From contig NW_013657646.1 of the NCBI RefSeq assembly GCF_000142905.1, positions 309,324-373,323 of the forward strand: a stretch of 64,000 bases of DNA, given 5' to 3'. Made by a program: the position numbers and the translations under genes. This DNA is from Thecamonas trahens ATCC 50062. Taxonomy: Eukaryota > Protista > Apusomonadida. Below, one piece after another: positions 11,278 to 23,871 of this stretch. Within the stretch, counting starts at the first letter, position 1. Each line of letters opens with the position of its first letter. Below the pieces are notes generated by a model. The model did not search any database and was not told where the DNA came from. It worked only from the letters and a program-made list of their open reading frames with translations.

Positions 11278-14200
11278 ATGGCGCAAGAGTGGCGAACCGG
11301 GGTGGCCGGCAGGCGACGGGTACGACTCTCTGTTGGCGACGGGACAGGCGGGACAGGTGGAGGTGCCAGCTCGCGGTCATGGTCAAGATCATCAACAGAC
11401 GACTCGGAGGAAAGCGGCGGGAGCGAGAGCTCATCGTCGACTACGGTGGGAGGACTGGAGCTCTCGGATGATATGTTCTTGGCTACCTCGCTCAAGTCGA
11501 TGGAGCTGGTCGGACTTCAGGTCGAGCTGGCTCGACAGCTCTCAACCTGGATCGATCTCGCCGCGCTACCTGGTCACTCGATCACGTACCTGCTTGGCGC
11601 GCCGAACTCGCTGGCAAACAACGTGATCATTCTGGAGACAGTGGCTGAAGCCATGGGTGTGTCGCTGGATTGGGGTCTCGACGACAGTGCGGGCGGCGAT
11701 GGGTCTCGACGGAGCTCGGCCGGCCCGCCGCCAAACACGCTCTCGCTCTCGGATCGGATCTACCGAGTGCTTGACTGCCTGGCGCGGGCCAACGACGAGC
11801 TTGTGTACGGGTGGACATCGAGTGACAAGATCGGGTGGACCAAACGACCGCCGATGTTTGCGCTACCGTTTGTAGACGAGGAGGATGCGCCGCGGGGCAT
11901 GCTCGTCTCGCGGCCGTACCTCCGGTCGGCGCTGGAGCGGCTCGGCTTTGTCTTTCCGGAAGCCAACTTTGACGACCGGTCGTTTGTTCATGTACTCATG
12001 CTGGAGATTCTGGTCGGCCTTGCCCAGGCGAATGACGGCGGCCACCGGCTGCCTATCGAGGTCGGGCTGCTCAAGGCGCCAGCGCACAACCCGGTGGCGT
12101 GGCGGGTGACCCGGCGGGCGCGAGAGAACTCGCTATCTCCGCGACTTGGGTTGAGGCGGACGGCGCCACCAGGCAAGGCGCTTGCGCCCGATGTGCTCGT
12201 TGTGGAGGCGCGGCACACCATCTTTGGGCGAACGACCGAGTCCCTCGCGCTGCACATGGAGGACATGGTAGATCTGAGTGCAGATGTGTTAGCCGGGCGC
12301 AGCGGATTGTCCGGCGTGGCCTCGGTTGCGCTTCTTCATCCGTCGGTCTCGGGCTACATGGCCCGAATCTCGTACAACGCGAGGTCACGGGCGCAGTTTT
12401 GCGTGGTGGTCTCGTCGTCTTCGATGGCCAATGCGGTGACGGTCAACGGTGCGTCGGTTCAGCTGGAGCCGGTCTCGCTGCAGGTTGGCGATGTTGTTGC
12501 GTTTGGCGCGGTCGCCTACCGTGTCGAGAGCGTGCGTGGTGTGGGCACACCACTGTACACCGGCAAGTACTTGAGCGGGCCGCTGGCGCCGGTGGCGATG
12601 GCTATTGCTGACCTCAAGTGGCTCGATGCGATGTGGAGTGCCGAGTGGGCGCGGCCGGGACGAGCCGGCCGTGCGGCGGAACCGAGGTTGTGGAGCGGTT
12701 CCTTGGCGTGGCGCTGGCGCCTGCGGTGCCCGACGCCGTCGTCTTTGTCTCTGCTCCGATCGAGACGTCGAAAGGCCGACTTGAGCTCCGTGTGCCACAG
12801 AGCGCGAGCGAGTGGCGAGCGGTGCTCGCTCGGCGTGACGGCCGCGGCAAGTCACTGTTGTGGTATGGCGCAGCGGCAGGCGCCCAGCTTCTGGTCGAGT
12901 ATCTTGTGGTGACGCTCCGGCCCGAAGCGCAGTCGCTCGGGCTCATACCACCGACACTCACACCGCGGTCGCCGCTCAACACCTCGCGTCTGGCGCGCGA
13001 TGTTCGGCACGGCACCGGCTCGGTCCTTTCGGCCGATACGACGCCGGCCCCGGTTCCCGAGAGCCTGCTCTTCGAGTCTCCGATGGCTGTGGCAGTAGCG
13101 CGTGGACATACGTGGACGGCCGAATCTCTGCTGGCTGGCATGTTGTCACAGCTCGCCAACGAGCATCCGTCGTTCCCGACGGTGTACGCGCTGATGGAGC
13201 GGACGCTGCACGCGGTGGATTGGTCGCGAACACCAGACATTCTGCACGCCGCCATGCTCCGCGACCACCAGCTAGTCATGCAGGTCCTGCTCCAGGCTCG
13301 GGTCATCGATGTGGCGGTGTGCGACAAGCGGACGCGGGCTACTGTGGTCAAGGCTGCACTCGAAGCTTCGTCGCTTGGCTGCCTCGCTCTGATCCTCGAC
13401 TCGATGATCCGTAGCTTGCGGATGGAGGCGATACCGGATCTGGACACGCTCACTCAAGCCGAGTACGACCGATATACCACAGTAGCAACGGCGAGGAGCG
13501 GAGTAGGAGGCTCAGTCTTTATGCACGCTTGGTTGGCGGAGACTGCGGCACAGCTTTTGCTGCGGCTCCGTGCGCTGCACTCGCTTGGTGATGACGCGGC
13601 GGAGCGTCTGACTTCTGCGCGCGATGGCAAGGGCGAGTCGCTGCTGCACTGGGCAGCACGGCTCGATTGCAAGTGGCTTGCCGAGATCCTCCTCCACCCG
13701 CGGGTGGGCATGCTGCCAGACGTGACAGCCAGCAACGGCGCGTCGGCATGGACGGCGGCAGTCGAGTCCGACTCGCTCGGCGTCCAGGTTGCGCTCTTGG
13801 CCGCGTCGACCGGTTGGCGGTGGGAGTCTGTGCCGGGCTTCCCATCTGCCCTGGAGCGCGACTCGGGTAACGTGCTGCATGCGCTCGCCGAGCTCGGGCA
13901 CTGGCCGGAGATGGCGTCGTTGGAAGGCGCACTGCGGGCCAACTCTGCGGCACAGGCTTGGACCAAGATGGTGAAGGCGAGCGACCGTGCCGGCAACACA
14001 CCGTTGCACCTGGCGGCAGAGCGCGGGGTACCGGTCCACCTCGCGGAGCTGCTGCTGGCGTCGGGCGCACCGGTCAACTGCCGCAACTCGGAGCTGCGCA
14101 CTCCGTTGGAGCTGGCGATGGAGCGGCACATTCGCGACACACGACTTGCTGTCCTGCTTTTGCGGCACGGAGCGAATCTAGAGGCGCTTGAGACGCACAT

Positions 14201-17200
14201 GCTCACGGTTCGGGCGCCAATTACGGGGCTCTCCGTTTTGCATCACGCAGCGAGTTCGGAGAAGAACTATGATGTGCTGGAGCGGATGCTTCCCAAGGTA
14301 GAATCGATCGACGTGGCGTCTCGGCCGTTGGCGCGGGGTGCAGCGGCGCGGACACCGTTTGAGATGGCGCGGACAGCCAACGCGTTGCGAGTGCTGGCGC
14401 TCTTGCTCAACGTGCCAGGCGAGCGCGGACTGGTGCTGAGTCTGGAGACGCTGCTGGAGCTCATCCACTTGCAGACGCCGCGCGGCAAGACGATCATGTC
14501 GTTTGCGTGCCAACTCGGGTTCGTGCACACGGTTGCGCGGCTGCTGGCGCCGATGGCACTGGATCTGGATCCAGACGCACTTGACGCTAGCCTCGTGAAT
14601 CGATTGTTTTCACCAGAGCTGACGCGTGTGCTCTCGCAGTACGTGGACGCCGCACTGCAGCATGAGCAGGTCCGCGTGGCGGTCAAGCTGCTGAGCGTCA
14701 TGGACACGTACGTGGCACGAGGGCGAACGGCCGATGACATGCGGGTGTTTGTCCACGCTCTGCGACTTGTGCGGGCGGTGCCTCACAACTCGAGCGGGAT
14801 TCAGGCGCGGAGCGGATCAGGGACGCTCGACGATGCTGCGGCGCTACCTGTGCTCCAGGCGCGGGCGACGCAGCGACTGGCGTTTGAGCGATGTAACCTG
14901 GCAAAGGAGCGCGATCATTTCTACGACGAGCTCGCGCACCTACAGCAGCTACGATCGCTCACGCTCCACGGATGCAAGATCTCGCGCAAGCCGCGGACTG
15001 AAGCGAGGCTTAATCAGCTCAGCTCGATGCTGGCGTGCTGTGTGCCAGGTAGTACTGACGAGAACGGATTCCGCGACAGTAGACCGCGGTTTGGCGAGTC
15101 GGGAAGCGACGACGACGGCGGCGGCGAAGGCGACGGACGGATGAGCGCGCGACAGGCAGGCCTGTTTGGTGATGAGATCCGGATTTCTGTGGTCCAAGTC
15201 GCACGCGAGGTTCGATCGCGATCTCGTGGCGAGCGCGGCAGCGGCGGAAGTGACGGCGAGGGCGATGACTCGCTCTCCGAGTCGACAGACAACGCACAAG
15301 AGTACACCGCTGTGCGAGTGCCGCACGGGGCAACGGTTTCGGCTGTAGTGGCGCGGGCAAAGGAGCTGTTTGGCAAGCCGGCTGACCAGTCATGGTCGCT
15401 GCTCTGCCTTGCGCCAGATCGCGAAGGAACGGTCAAGCTCGACAGCCACGTGACGATGGATGTGTTTCCGCGGCGATCGCGGTTCATTCTGCGGCGCGAG
15501 CACGCAGTCCGCGCCGGGAGCTATTCCATGGACCTGCTCTGCAAGGTCATCGGTGCGCGCCAACCGGGCTCGTTTGAGCTGAGAGTGACGCAGTGCAAGC
15601 TCGGGACGCTCGACGCGGAGGAGCTTGTTCATCTGCTTGGGCGACGCGGGCCTGGATCCGGGCAGGCGCTGACCAAGCTGCATGTGACAGCAGAGGAGCT
15701 GAACATTACGATGACGCGGCGGCTGCTTGCAGCGCTGCGCAAGCACAAGTACCTGCGCTACCAGTACGGCGGGCTGCCAGCGACGTTTGGAGCCGGGCGC
15801 GGGTTCAGGCACAATGGCTGGCGTCACTCGGGCTGTATCTTGTGTTTGGAGTGTACATGATGCTCCTGGGTTACTTTTCGATGCTGCGGCGTGCGCTGCG
15901 TGGATCTGTGGTCGAGTACTCGAACACGCTCAAGGCAGCGGTGTTTACGACGGACATATGGGTGCTCTTTCTTTCGACGGTGGTCTTTTCGTTCGTCTGG
16001 ATGTTCTCGATTCTTGTGCCGTGGGTCATTCTCCCACGGGCCGAGGGCTCCGCGTCGACGGCGCTGGCGTGCATCGGGCTGTTTTTGGGCGTGCTTGTGG
16101 GGTGGATGGGCGCGGTATTTTTGCTTGCGCTGCTGGACGTGGACGGAAGCTACGCGCGCGTGGACGCACCGGCGCGGAAGATCCAGTGGCTGCTTGCGCC
16201 AGAAGAGCTAACGTGGCTAGACGTGCGGTTGCCGTGCGCATCTGCGGCGGCCAAGGCCTCGCGGGCCAAGAACACGGCGTCGCGGATGGTCAACTCGCGG
16301 TGGTGTGTGGCGGTGCGACGGTTGAACTGGCGGAACGGGCTCGCGGTGCTCACGATCGGACTCGAGTTTGTGCAGCTGACGTCATTGGCGCTGCGGCCTG
16401 CGCGTGATGTGTACCCGTGGGCTGCACACCCGCAGCGTGTGGCCAAGTTCTCGCTGCTCGACCTTGATCTAGGGCGACGCGGGTACTATGCGGGACTGGG
16501 TGTTGCGGGTGCGGCGGCGCTGGTATGGTGGATCATTTCTGCTTTTCTGGGAGTGTTCTCGCTCCAGAACGCGGCGGCGGCGGCGCTGACAAGCCTGCCG
16601 ATGGTGGAGGATGTGTCTAAGATTCTCTCGTCGACGCTGTTTCTGCTTGTGGTGGTGCGGCTGCTCTCGACGCTCGACTGCACGTACGAGGGAGGTGGAG
16701 CGTTTCTGGACGAGTTGCCTGAAGTGGCGTGCTGGACAGGCTTGCACGCGCGATTGGCGTCTGTGGGCATGATCGGACTGGCGTACTACCTGTTCTCGGC
16801 GTCGTTCATTGGCATCCACTTTACCGAAGATCACTCGGGCAAGACCGACATCCAGTTTGCCGAGCTGTTCATGCTCCTGGAGCGGATTATCAAGGTTCTC
16901 GTCTCTGCCTTTATGATGTTCTTCTCGTCGAGTCCCGGGCTCGGGCTTTCGTTGCTCCTCTTTGCAGAGGCGGCGTTGGTGGTGGTGCTGTTCAAGTACC
17001 GGCCGTGTCCGTTCAGCTCGATCCTTGTGCTCAAGGCGGTCTCGTTCTCGATGGCAGGGTGGACGGCGCTCTGCTCGCTGCTGGGAGTGTGGTTTGAGAT
17101 CAGAGCGTCGTCGGCACTGCTCGCGCTTCTGCTGATCGGGTGGATGGTGATCCCGGCGGTGGCATACGTGGCATACTCGCGATTCTCTTCGGCGCGGTAC

Positions 17201-17473
17201 CAGACGCTGGCCATGGAGGCGGCGGCGCGGGAGTCGCAAACGTTTGTCGGGACAAGTTGGAGCAGTGACGAGAGCTACGACGAGTTGGCAGGCGCGCCAA
17301 CAGCGGAATCGGCCGAGGGAGCGGAGAGTGCAGGTATGGGTTGCGAGTCGTACTCTTACTCGACGCACACGCAGACGATGACAAGCGGCGGCAGCGAGAG
17401 AGGCGGCGACGACGACCGGATCTCGTCGTCGTCGTACTTTTCGTCGCTCTCTCTAGTGCTGGATGACATGTAG
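11278..17473 (+). CDS. Large FHA + ankyrin-repeat + ubiquitin-like + multi-pass transmembrane protein; two apparent -1 frameshifts (~12640-12690, ~15780)
   Basis: ORFs 11257..12912, 12618..15860 and 15593..17473 overlap in successive -1 frames. FHA motifs (IFGR, HPSVSGYMARI, NAVTVNG, LQVGDVVAFG), ankyrin motifs (GESLLHWAA, GNTPLHLAAERG, RTPLELA, GLSVLHHAA), a Ubl-like segment, and roughly 10 hydrophobic helices with DC..LDELPEVACW loop. Start codon uncertain. Confidence 0.72.
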
Positions 17474-17491
17474 GGAGGGAGCGTTTAGCGG

Positions 17492-18429
17492 TTAGGGGTT
17501 GGGCTGCGGCGGCTCGTCGTCCATGACGAGCGCCCAGTGGTTCTGCGGCTCTTCGGCCTTGTGTGTGTTGAAGAAGGTATGGACACAGACCTCTGTGGGA
17601 GCGCCCGGGGCGGTGGACTTGCCAGTGGAGGCGAGGCAAGCGTTGGTGGCGCAGTGGCGGATGATGACGCGGCCGTTGGCTGGGACTGGATGGCCCTCGG
17701 CCTCGTCGCGGAGGAGCGGGTCAAAGTGCTCGATGGTCCAGACAGAGGCGTGGGGGAAGGGCTGTGCAGCAGTGGCGTATACCTCCTGCAGATGCGAAGG
17801 TAGCGAGAATGTTGTCGGGTTCTTCAGCCGCGAGGCAAGGGCAACCGGCTGCGGTGCGTAAGCCTCGTGCGAGACGAGGCGGATCTTGTCGCCGTAGCAG
17901 ACGACCCTGTCCGAGGCGACGTACTTGTGAGCCGGAACGATCTGAAAGACGGAGCGCGCCCGCGGACCCTCATGGGCTACGGTTCCGCATGCGACCTCCA
18001 CGGCCGCCACAGCAGCATCACCCTCGTTGTGAGCCTTTGCCAGCGCCAGCGCGCCGTTGACGTCCAACGAGGCCAAAGCGCCCGAGTGCTCTGCGTAGAG
18101 AGCGAGATAGGCACCCCAAGCAACAGCGCCCTGTGTAGAGGCCGAGACACCCGCCGGAGTCAAAGCCGCAAGTGACTGCGTCAGCCGCAGCGTCCCGGCC
18201 TCCTTCTTGTCCAGGAACTCACGCAGTCGCAGCTGTGTTCACGTCCGCCAAGGGCAATGTGAGTGAGGGAGGCGAGAGTGACCAACGGCTGCAGGGGGTG
18301 GCGAGGAAGGGGGATGGGGAAGGGGAAGGGGGTGGGGGTGGGTGGGTGGGTGGGGGGTACCTTTTCCAGCTCAAGGTCCTCGGACCAGTTTCCGATAAGC
18401 ACCCGTGACGAGTACGTGTTTGCGGCCAT
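17492..18429 (-). CDS. CFAP161: Cilia- and flagella-associated protein 161; exons 18429-18361 and 18232-17492
   Basis: MAANTYSSRVLIGNWSEDLELEK, intron GTACCC..CACAG, then LRLREFLDKKEAGTL. Also ARSVFQI, YGDKIRL, WTIEHFDPLLRDEAEGHPVPANGRVIIRHCATN and the C-terminal EEPQNHW, matching the CFAP161 pattern. Confidence 0.88.
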
Positions 18430-19736
18430 GGTGTGTGGGGTGAGGTGGGTGGGTGGGGTGTGGGTGGGTGGGTGGGTGGGGGGAGTCGTTGGCGGGGAAG
18501 TCGCTGGATTTGGGGTAGACACACACGCACACTCACACACACACGCGCACGCATACATACATGCATGTATACATATACATAGATACATCAATGCGATGGC
18601 AACAATGGGTGGCATGGATGGCGAGTGTGGCGAACTTATCGCGTATCGGTTCGACTATTGCATGATGCTGATGCGATGGCCGATGACGGTCATCACACCC
18701 AGCACCAACCATAGTAACTGCACACAACATCGATACAACGACGACTATATATATGAAACATATCCAACCTTGATCCCCCCCCCCCCCCCCGGTCCCTCTA
18801 CCCCCTTTTTCTGCCCCCCAGCCCCAATCAGCTGCCGCCGTCCCGCCAGCCAAATGGCATCCATTGCCCGTCATTTCTGCTGAACTGGGCACACCTGTAG
18901 CCAGTTGCTCCAGACTGTGCTGCACCCATTCCCTGTGCGCACACCCCACGCCCCCCCCCCCTNNNNNNNNNNNNNNNNNNNNNNNNNNNNNNNNNNNNNN
19001 NNNNNNNNNNNNNNNNNNNNNNNNNNNNNNNNNNNNNNNNNNNNNNNNNNNNNNNNNNNNNNNNNNNNNNNNNNNNNNNNNNNNNNNNNNNNNNNNNNNN
19101 NNNNNNNNNNNNNNNNNNNNNNNNNNNNNNNNNNNNNNNNNNNNNNNNNNNNNNNNNNNNNNNNNNNNNNNNNNNNNNNNNNNNNNNNNNNNNNNNNNNN
19201 NNNNNNNNNNNNNNNNNNNNNNNNNNNNNNNNNNNNNNNNNNNNNNNNNNNNNNNNNNNNNNNNNNNNNNNNNNNNNNNNNNNNNNNNNNNNNNNNNNNN
19301 NNNNNNNNNNNNNNNNNNNNNNNNNNNNNNNNNNNNNNNNNNNNNNNNNNNNNNNNNNNNNNNNNNNNNNNNNNNNNNNNNNNNNNNNNNNNNNNNNNNN
19401 NNNNNNNNNNNNNNNNNNNNNNNNNNNNNNNNNNNNNNNNNNNNNNNNNNNNNNNNNNNNNNNNNNNNNNNNNNNNNNNNNNNNNNNNNNNNNNNNNNNN
19501 NNNNNNNNNNNNNNNNNNNNNNNNNNNNNNNNNNNNNNNNNNNNNNNNNNNNNNNNNNNNNNNNNNNNNNNNNNNNNNNNNNNNNNNNNNNNNNNNNNNN
19601 NNNNNNNNNNNNNNNNNNNNNNNNNNNNNNNNNNNNNNNNNNNNNNNNNNNNNNNNNNNNNNNNNNNNNNNNNNNNNNNNNNNNNNNNNNNNNNNNNNNN
19701 NNNNNNNNNNNNNNNNNNNNCCCCGTCCCCGCCCGC

Positions 19737-19767
<31 letters not shown>

Positions 19768-19774
19768 ACATACA
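19737..19774 (+). repeat. (CA)n microsatellite immediately upstream of the kelch gene ATG
   Basis: Directly visible. Confidence 0.9.
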
Positions 19775-19779
19775 CTACT

Positions 19780-22700
19780 ATGGCTTGGAGTCTCTCTCGG
19801 GTCTCCAAGAACCCGTTCCCCCGTCTCGGGCACCTTGCTCTGGCAGACGCCTCGGGCTCCACCCTCTACTGCTTTGCAGGCGGCAAATGGCACGAGAACG
19901 ATGACTCGGCTGCCCTCCTCCCCACGGCACCGCAGCATGCTGGGGCCATTGGCATCTCGCCTGTGCGCGTCTCAAAGCTCTCGCTCACAGGCCTCATGAC
20001 CTGGCTTCGCCCGGGCCTCATCGGAAAGAAGCTCCCGTCGCTCGTCGCTGCCGCCGCCGCATGCATCGGTTCCAAGTTCTACATCTTTGGAGGGGCGCTG
20101 GCAAAGCCATTGTCGTCGTCGTCGTCGTCGTCGGTAGCGGCGGCATCATCGGGGACAGGCATGGGTGCAGGATGGCTCTCGGATAAGGTCTATGTGCTGA
20201 CGTACTCGCATGACACGCCGACGTTCTCGGCGCCGAGGTTTGCGGGAAAAAACCCGAGCCGCGCATGATGCACTCGTTCACCGCTGTCGGCGACTCGATT
20301 GTGCTCTTTGGCGGTGTTGGGAGCGATGGCGAGGTCGTCGGAAACAGCACCTTTGTCTTTGACGGTGCAAAGTGGGCGGCTGCTGCGGCGTGCGACTCTG
20401 GGCCGGCGCGGAGGGCACACGCAGCTGTCGGGTGGAGCGCCATGGATGTGGTGGTCGTCTTTGGCGGCGCTGACGCGGCGGGAAAGCCGCTCGACGATGT
20501 CATGTTCTACGATGTCGGCGCTGATGCCTGGGTTGCGCCGGGCGTCTCGGGAACGGCGCCGTCGCCGCGATGGGGCGCCGCGGCTGCGTTTGCACCAAGC
20601 CTGCCGGTCTCGGGCCATGCCGGGCTCATTGTCTTTGGCGGGACCAACGGAAGCTCCCTGTTTGGGGATGCGTACGCGCTGGATCTCGAGGATCTGAAGT
20701 GGTCCAGGCTTACAGCCGACCGTGCTCCGGCGCCGCGGGCCTTTGCCACCCTCACCATCGTCAACGAGAACAAGGCCATTCTTCTTGGCGGCGCCATGGT
20801 GGCCGCGGAATCGTCGGTCAACAACAAAGTTGCAGTGCTCAACCTCGCCAAGCTCGGCGCTGAGCATCTCGGATCGAAGCCCGCGCCCGCGTCGGCTGCG
20901 GTTGCGGTCGGCTCCAGCTCGGGCACCCCCCGCGCAAAGGTCAGCGCGCCGCCGCCGACCGCCAAAAAGTCAGCTGCCGCGCTCAAGATTGCCTCGGCCA
21001 TTCGGCGGACGAAGGCCGCACCTGCGGCCAAAACCACGCCCGAAGCCAAGGCCACGCCCGCGGTCAATCCTGTGCCTTCTGCTACCGCTCAGAGTGGCAA
21101 CGCCAAAAGCGACGATGCCGAGATGGCGATGCAGCTCGCGATGCGTGAGGCCCAGCTCCGCAAGGTGGCCGTGAGCCTCAAGGAGGCCAAGGCCCGCGAG
21201 GCCGAGCTCGCGACTGAGCTCAAGGCAGCCCGTGGATTCGAGTCCAAGGTGAAGGCGCTCGAGCGACAGCTTGCGGATGCACAAGCTGCCGGAAGCGAAG
21301 CCGAGCTCAAGACCAAGCAGATGGCCAAGCTCGAGTCTAGGGTGGCGGCGCTCGAGAGCCAGCTTGTGGATGCACAGGCCGCCGGAAGTGATGCCGAAGC
21401 CAAGGCCGCCCAGGTTGCGGCGCTCGAGTCCAAGGTGGCGACGCTCGAGGACCAGTTGGCTGATGCAGAGGCTGCCGGGGCCAAGGCCAAGACCAAGGCC
21501 AAGCAAGTGACCAAGCTCAAGAAACAAGTCACCGAGCTGGAGGCCCAGCTCGCCGATGCAGCCAATGCCAAGGCCGTGCTGAAGAGGCGTCTGCGCTGAA
21601 GACCAAGGTGACGACACTCGAGAGCCAGCTTGCGGATGCACAGGCCGCCGGAAGTGACGCCGAAGCCAAGGCCGCCCAGGTTGCGGCGCTCGAGTCTAAG
21701 GTGGCGACGCTCGAGGTCCAGTTGGCTGATGCAGAGGCTGCCGGGCCAAGGCCAAGACCAAGGCCAAGCAAGTGACCAAGCTCAAGAAACAAGTCACCGA
21801 GCTGGAGGCCCAGCTGCCGATGCAGCCAATGCCAAGGCCGGTGCTGAAGAGGCGTCTGCGCTGAAGACCAAGGTGACGACACTCGAAAGCCAGTTGGCTG
21901 ATGCAGAGGCTGCCGGGGCCAAGGCCAAGACCAAGGCCAAGCAAGTGACCAAGCTCAAGAAACAAGTCACCGAGCTGGAGGCCCAGCTTGCCGATGCAGC
22001 CAATGCCAAGGCAGATGCTGAAGAGGCATCTGCGCTGAGGGCCAAGGTGGCAACACTCGAAAGCAAGGTCAACAGCCTCGAGTTGGACCTTGCAGCCAAG
22101 GACCGAAAGGTGGCGACGTTGGAGGAGCAGTCTGCGGGCATGGCTGCCCACGTTAGTGAGGTTGATGAGCTCAAGGTTGAGGTCACGCAGCTGAAGGCTG
22201 AGCTGGCCGAGACGATTGCCAAGACACAGGCTCAAGTCGATGACGCTGACGCACTGCGGACCAAGATAGCGGCACTGGAGCAGCAGCTGGCCGACGCCAA
22301 GTCTGCCGGCAGCGACTCGGCCGCCAAGGCCGAGCAAGCTGCTGCGCTGGAGAGCAAGGTCGCCGAGCTCGAAGCGCAAGTGGCTGCGACTAGATCGGCC
22401 GTCGCTAATCTTGCCGACGTCGAGGCCTCGCTTGACGCCAAGTCTAAGCAGCTGGTGAGCGTCAAGAAGGAAGCTGAAAAGCTGCGATTCCAGCTTGAAG
22501 ACGCGCAGGAGGAGGCCAAGGTTACAAAGGCGTCGGCAGCGGCACTCCAGTCCCGGACCGACAAGCTCGACCACGAGCTCGCCGAGCTGCGCGACTCAGC
22601 ACGCCACGCCGCCGCAGCCAAGTCATCAGCAGACAAGCTCAAAGCCCGAGTGGCCGAACTCGAGGCTGACCTGGCAGCAGCCACCTCAAAGGTGGCCACG

Positions 22701-23069
22701 CTGAAGAAGTCTTCGGCCGATGCTACCGCAGCCGCCGATCGTGTCGCCCAGCTCGAGGCCGAGCTCGCTGCCGCGCGCAACGAGGCCCGCCAGGCCTCTG
22801 CCTCAGTAGTCTCTCTCAAGGCCGAGCTCACCGCTGTTAAGAGTCAGGTTGCCACTGCCGAAGATGCCGAGGCCAGTCTTCGCCGCCAACTCGACGAGCA
22901 GCGCAACGCCGTGCATGGCGCCGAGCGGGCTGCCGAGCTGGCCGGCACCCGGCTCAAGTCCGCCATGGATCTCGTGGCAACACTCGAGGACGAGCTTGAG
23001 GATCTCGAGGAGCGCACGCTCCTTGCCGAGACCAAGTTTGCCGCCATAGAAGCATCGCTGGCCGAGTAA
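19780..23069 (+). CDS. Kelch beta-propeller plus long coiled-coil protein; four apparent 1-nt deletions (~20259, ~21576, ~21744, ~21815)
   Basis: Kelch repeats (PRLGH..LYCFAGG, FYIFGG, PRMMHSFTAVGDSIVLFGG, ARRAHAA..VVFGG, PRWGAA..LIVFGG, PRAFAT..ILLGG) precede a long heptad region. Deletions in the coiled-coil are shown by comparison with intact sister repeat copies. Confidence 0.85.
21270..22065 (+). repeat. Coding tandem repeat of 31- and 27-codon units (LADAxAAG...LEsQ) with near-identical higher-order copies
   Basis: GCCAAGGCCAAGACCAAGGCCAAGCAAGTGACCAAGCTCAAGAAACAAGTCACCGAGCTGGAGGCCCAG occurs three times (~21480, ~21745, ~21918). Confidence 0.92.
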
Positions 23070-23242
23070 TACGCACGCGCCCGTGTCGTGAGAGTTGAGC
23101 CTCGACAGCCTGCCAACTGTTGCCGATCGGAGAGTCGCCGAACGCGTGCCGACCCGGAATGACTCGACGTCGGCGGCGGCGGTGGCAAACAACACACGGC
23201 ACACGGCACACGGCACACGTCACACGTCACTCGTTCACCACC

Positions 23243-23871
23243 ATGGGCGCATCGCTGTCGACCGCACTCACGGGCAGCTGGGGCTTGCAATGCGGCTGGC
23301 TGACTTGGCTGACCGGCTGACTGGCTGGTGGGACGGGTGACTCGTGCATGTAGTGGGGGGGGGGGGGGGGGGGTTAGTGGAGGCGCGCGATGTGCGGAGG
23401 ATGTATCGCAGGTACTGTAGGCTCAAGGGCGGCAAGCCTGTACTGACTCGGGCCGATGTGCTCAAGGTGCCCGAGCTGTCCATGAATCCGCTCATCGACG
23501 TCATTCTCTCTCTCTTTGACCCAGAGGCGACAGACCGCATCACCTTTCTGTCGTTTGTGGAGGTGCTCTCGGTCTTCCATGAGCGGGCGCCGGAGGAGTC
23601 CAAGCTCCGACTGGCGTTCTCGGTCTACGACACGGACCGCAACGGATACATCACCCGGGAGAACCTGAAGAACATCCTCCGGCTCATGGTGGGCGCAAAT
23701 CTCTCGGACGATCAGCTCGATCAAATCCTGGTCAACACCTGCTACGAAGTGTTTGGCGCAGAGCCCGGGCCCGACAACGACGCGCTGCACATTTCGTACG
23801 ACGCGTTCGCCGACGCCGTCGCCGCCTCGGCCACAGGCGTCTCCACCAACATGACCATCAATTTTGGCTGA
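23243..23871 (+). CDS. Calcineurin B-like / CHP-type EF-hand protein; last exon 23378-23871, first exon from ATG 23243 with unresolved donor
   Basis: Myristoylation-type MGASLS start, then VPELSMNPLIDVILSLFD, KLRLAFSVYDTDRNGYITRENL and LMVGANLSDDQLDQIL. Acceptor TTAG ends at 23377. Confidence 0.85.

Noticed and set aside
18533-19999. ORFs spanning N gaps (also 43799-45488, 58130-59235, 62050-63440)
   Set aside because: These are artefacts of translating N runs.
21270-22065. CRISPR-like array
   Set aside because: These are in-frame coding repeats without unique spacers, in a eukaryotic context with no cas genes.
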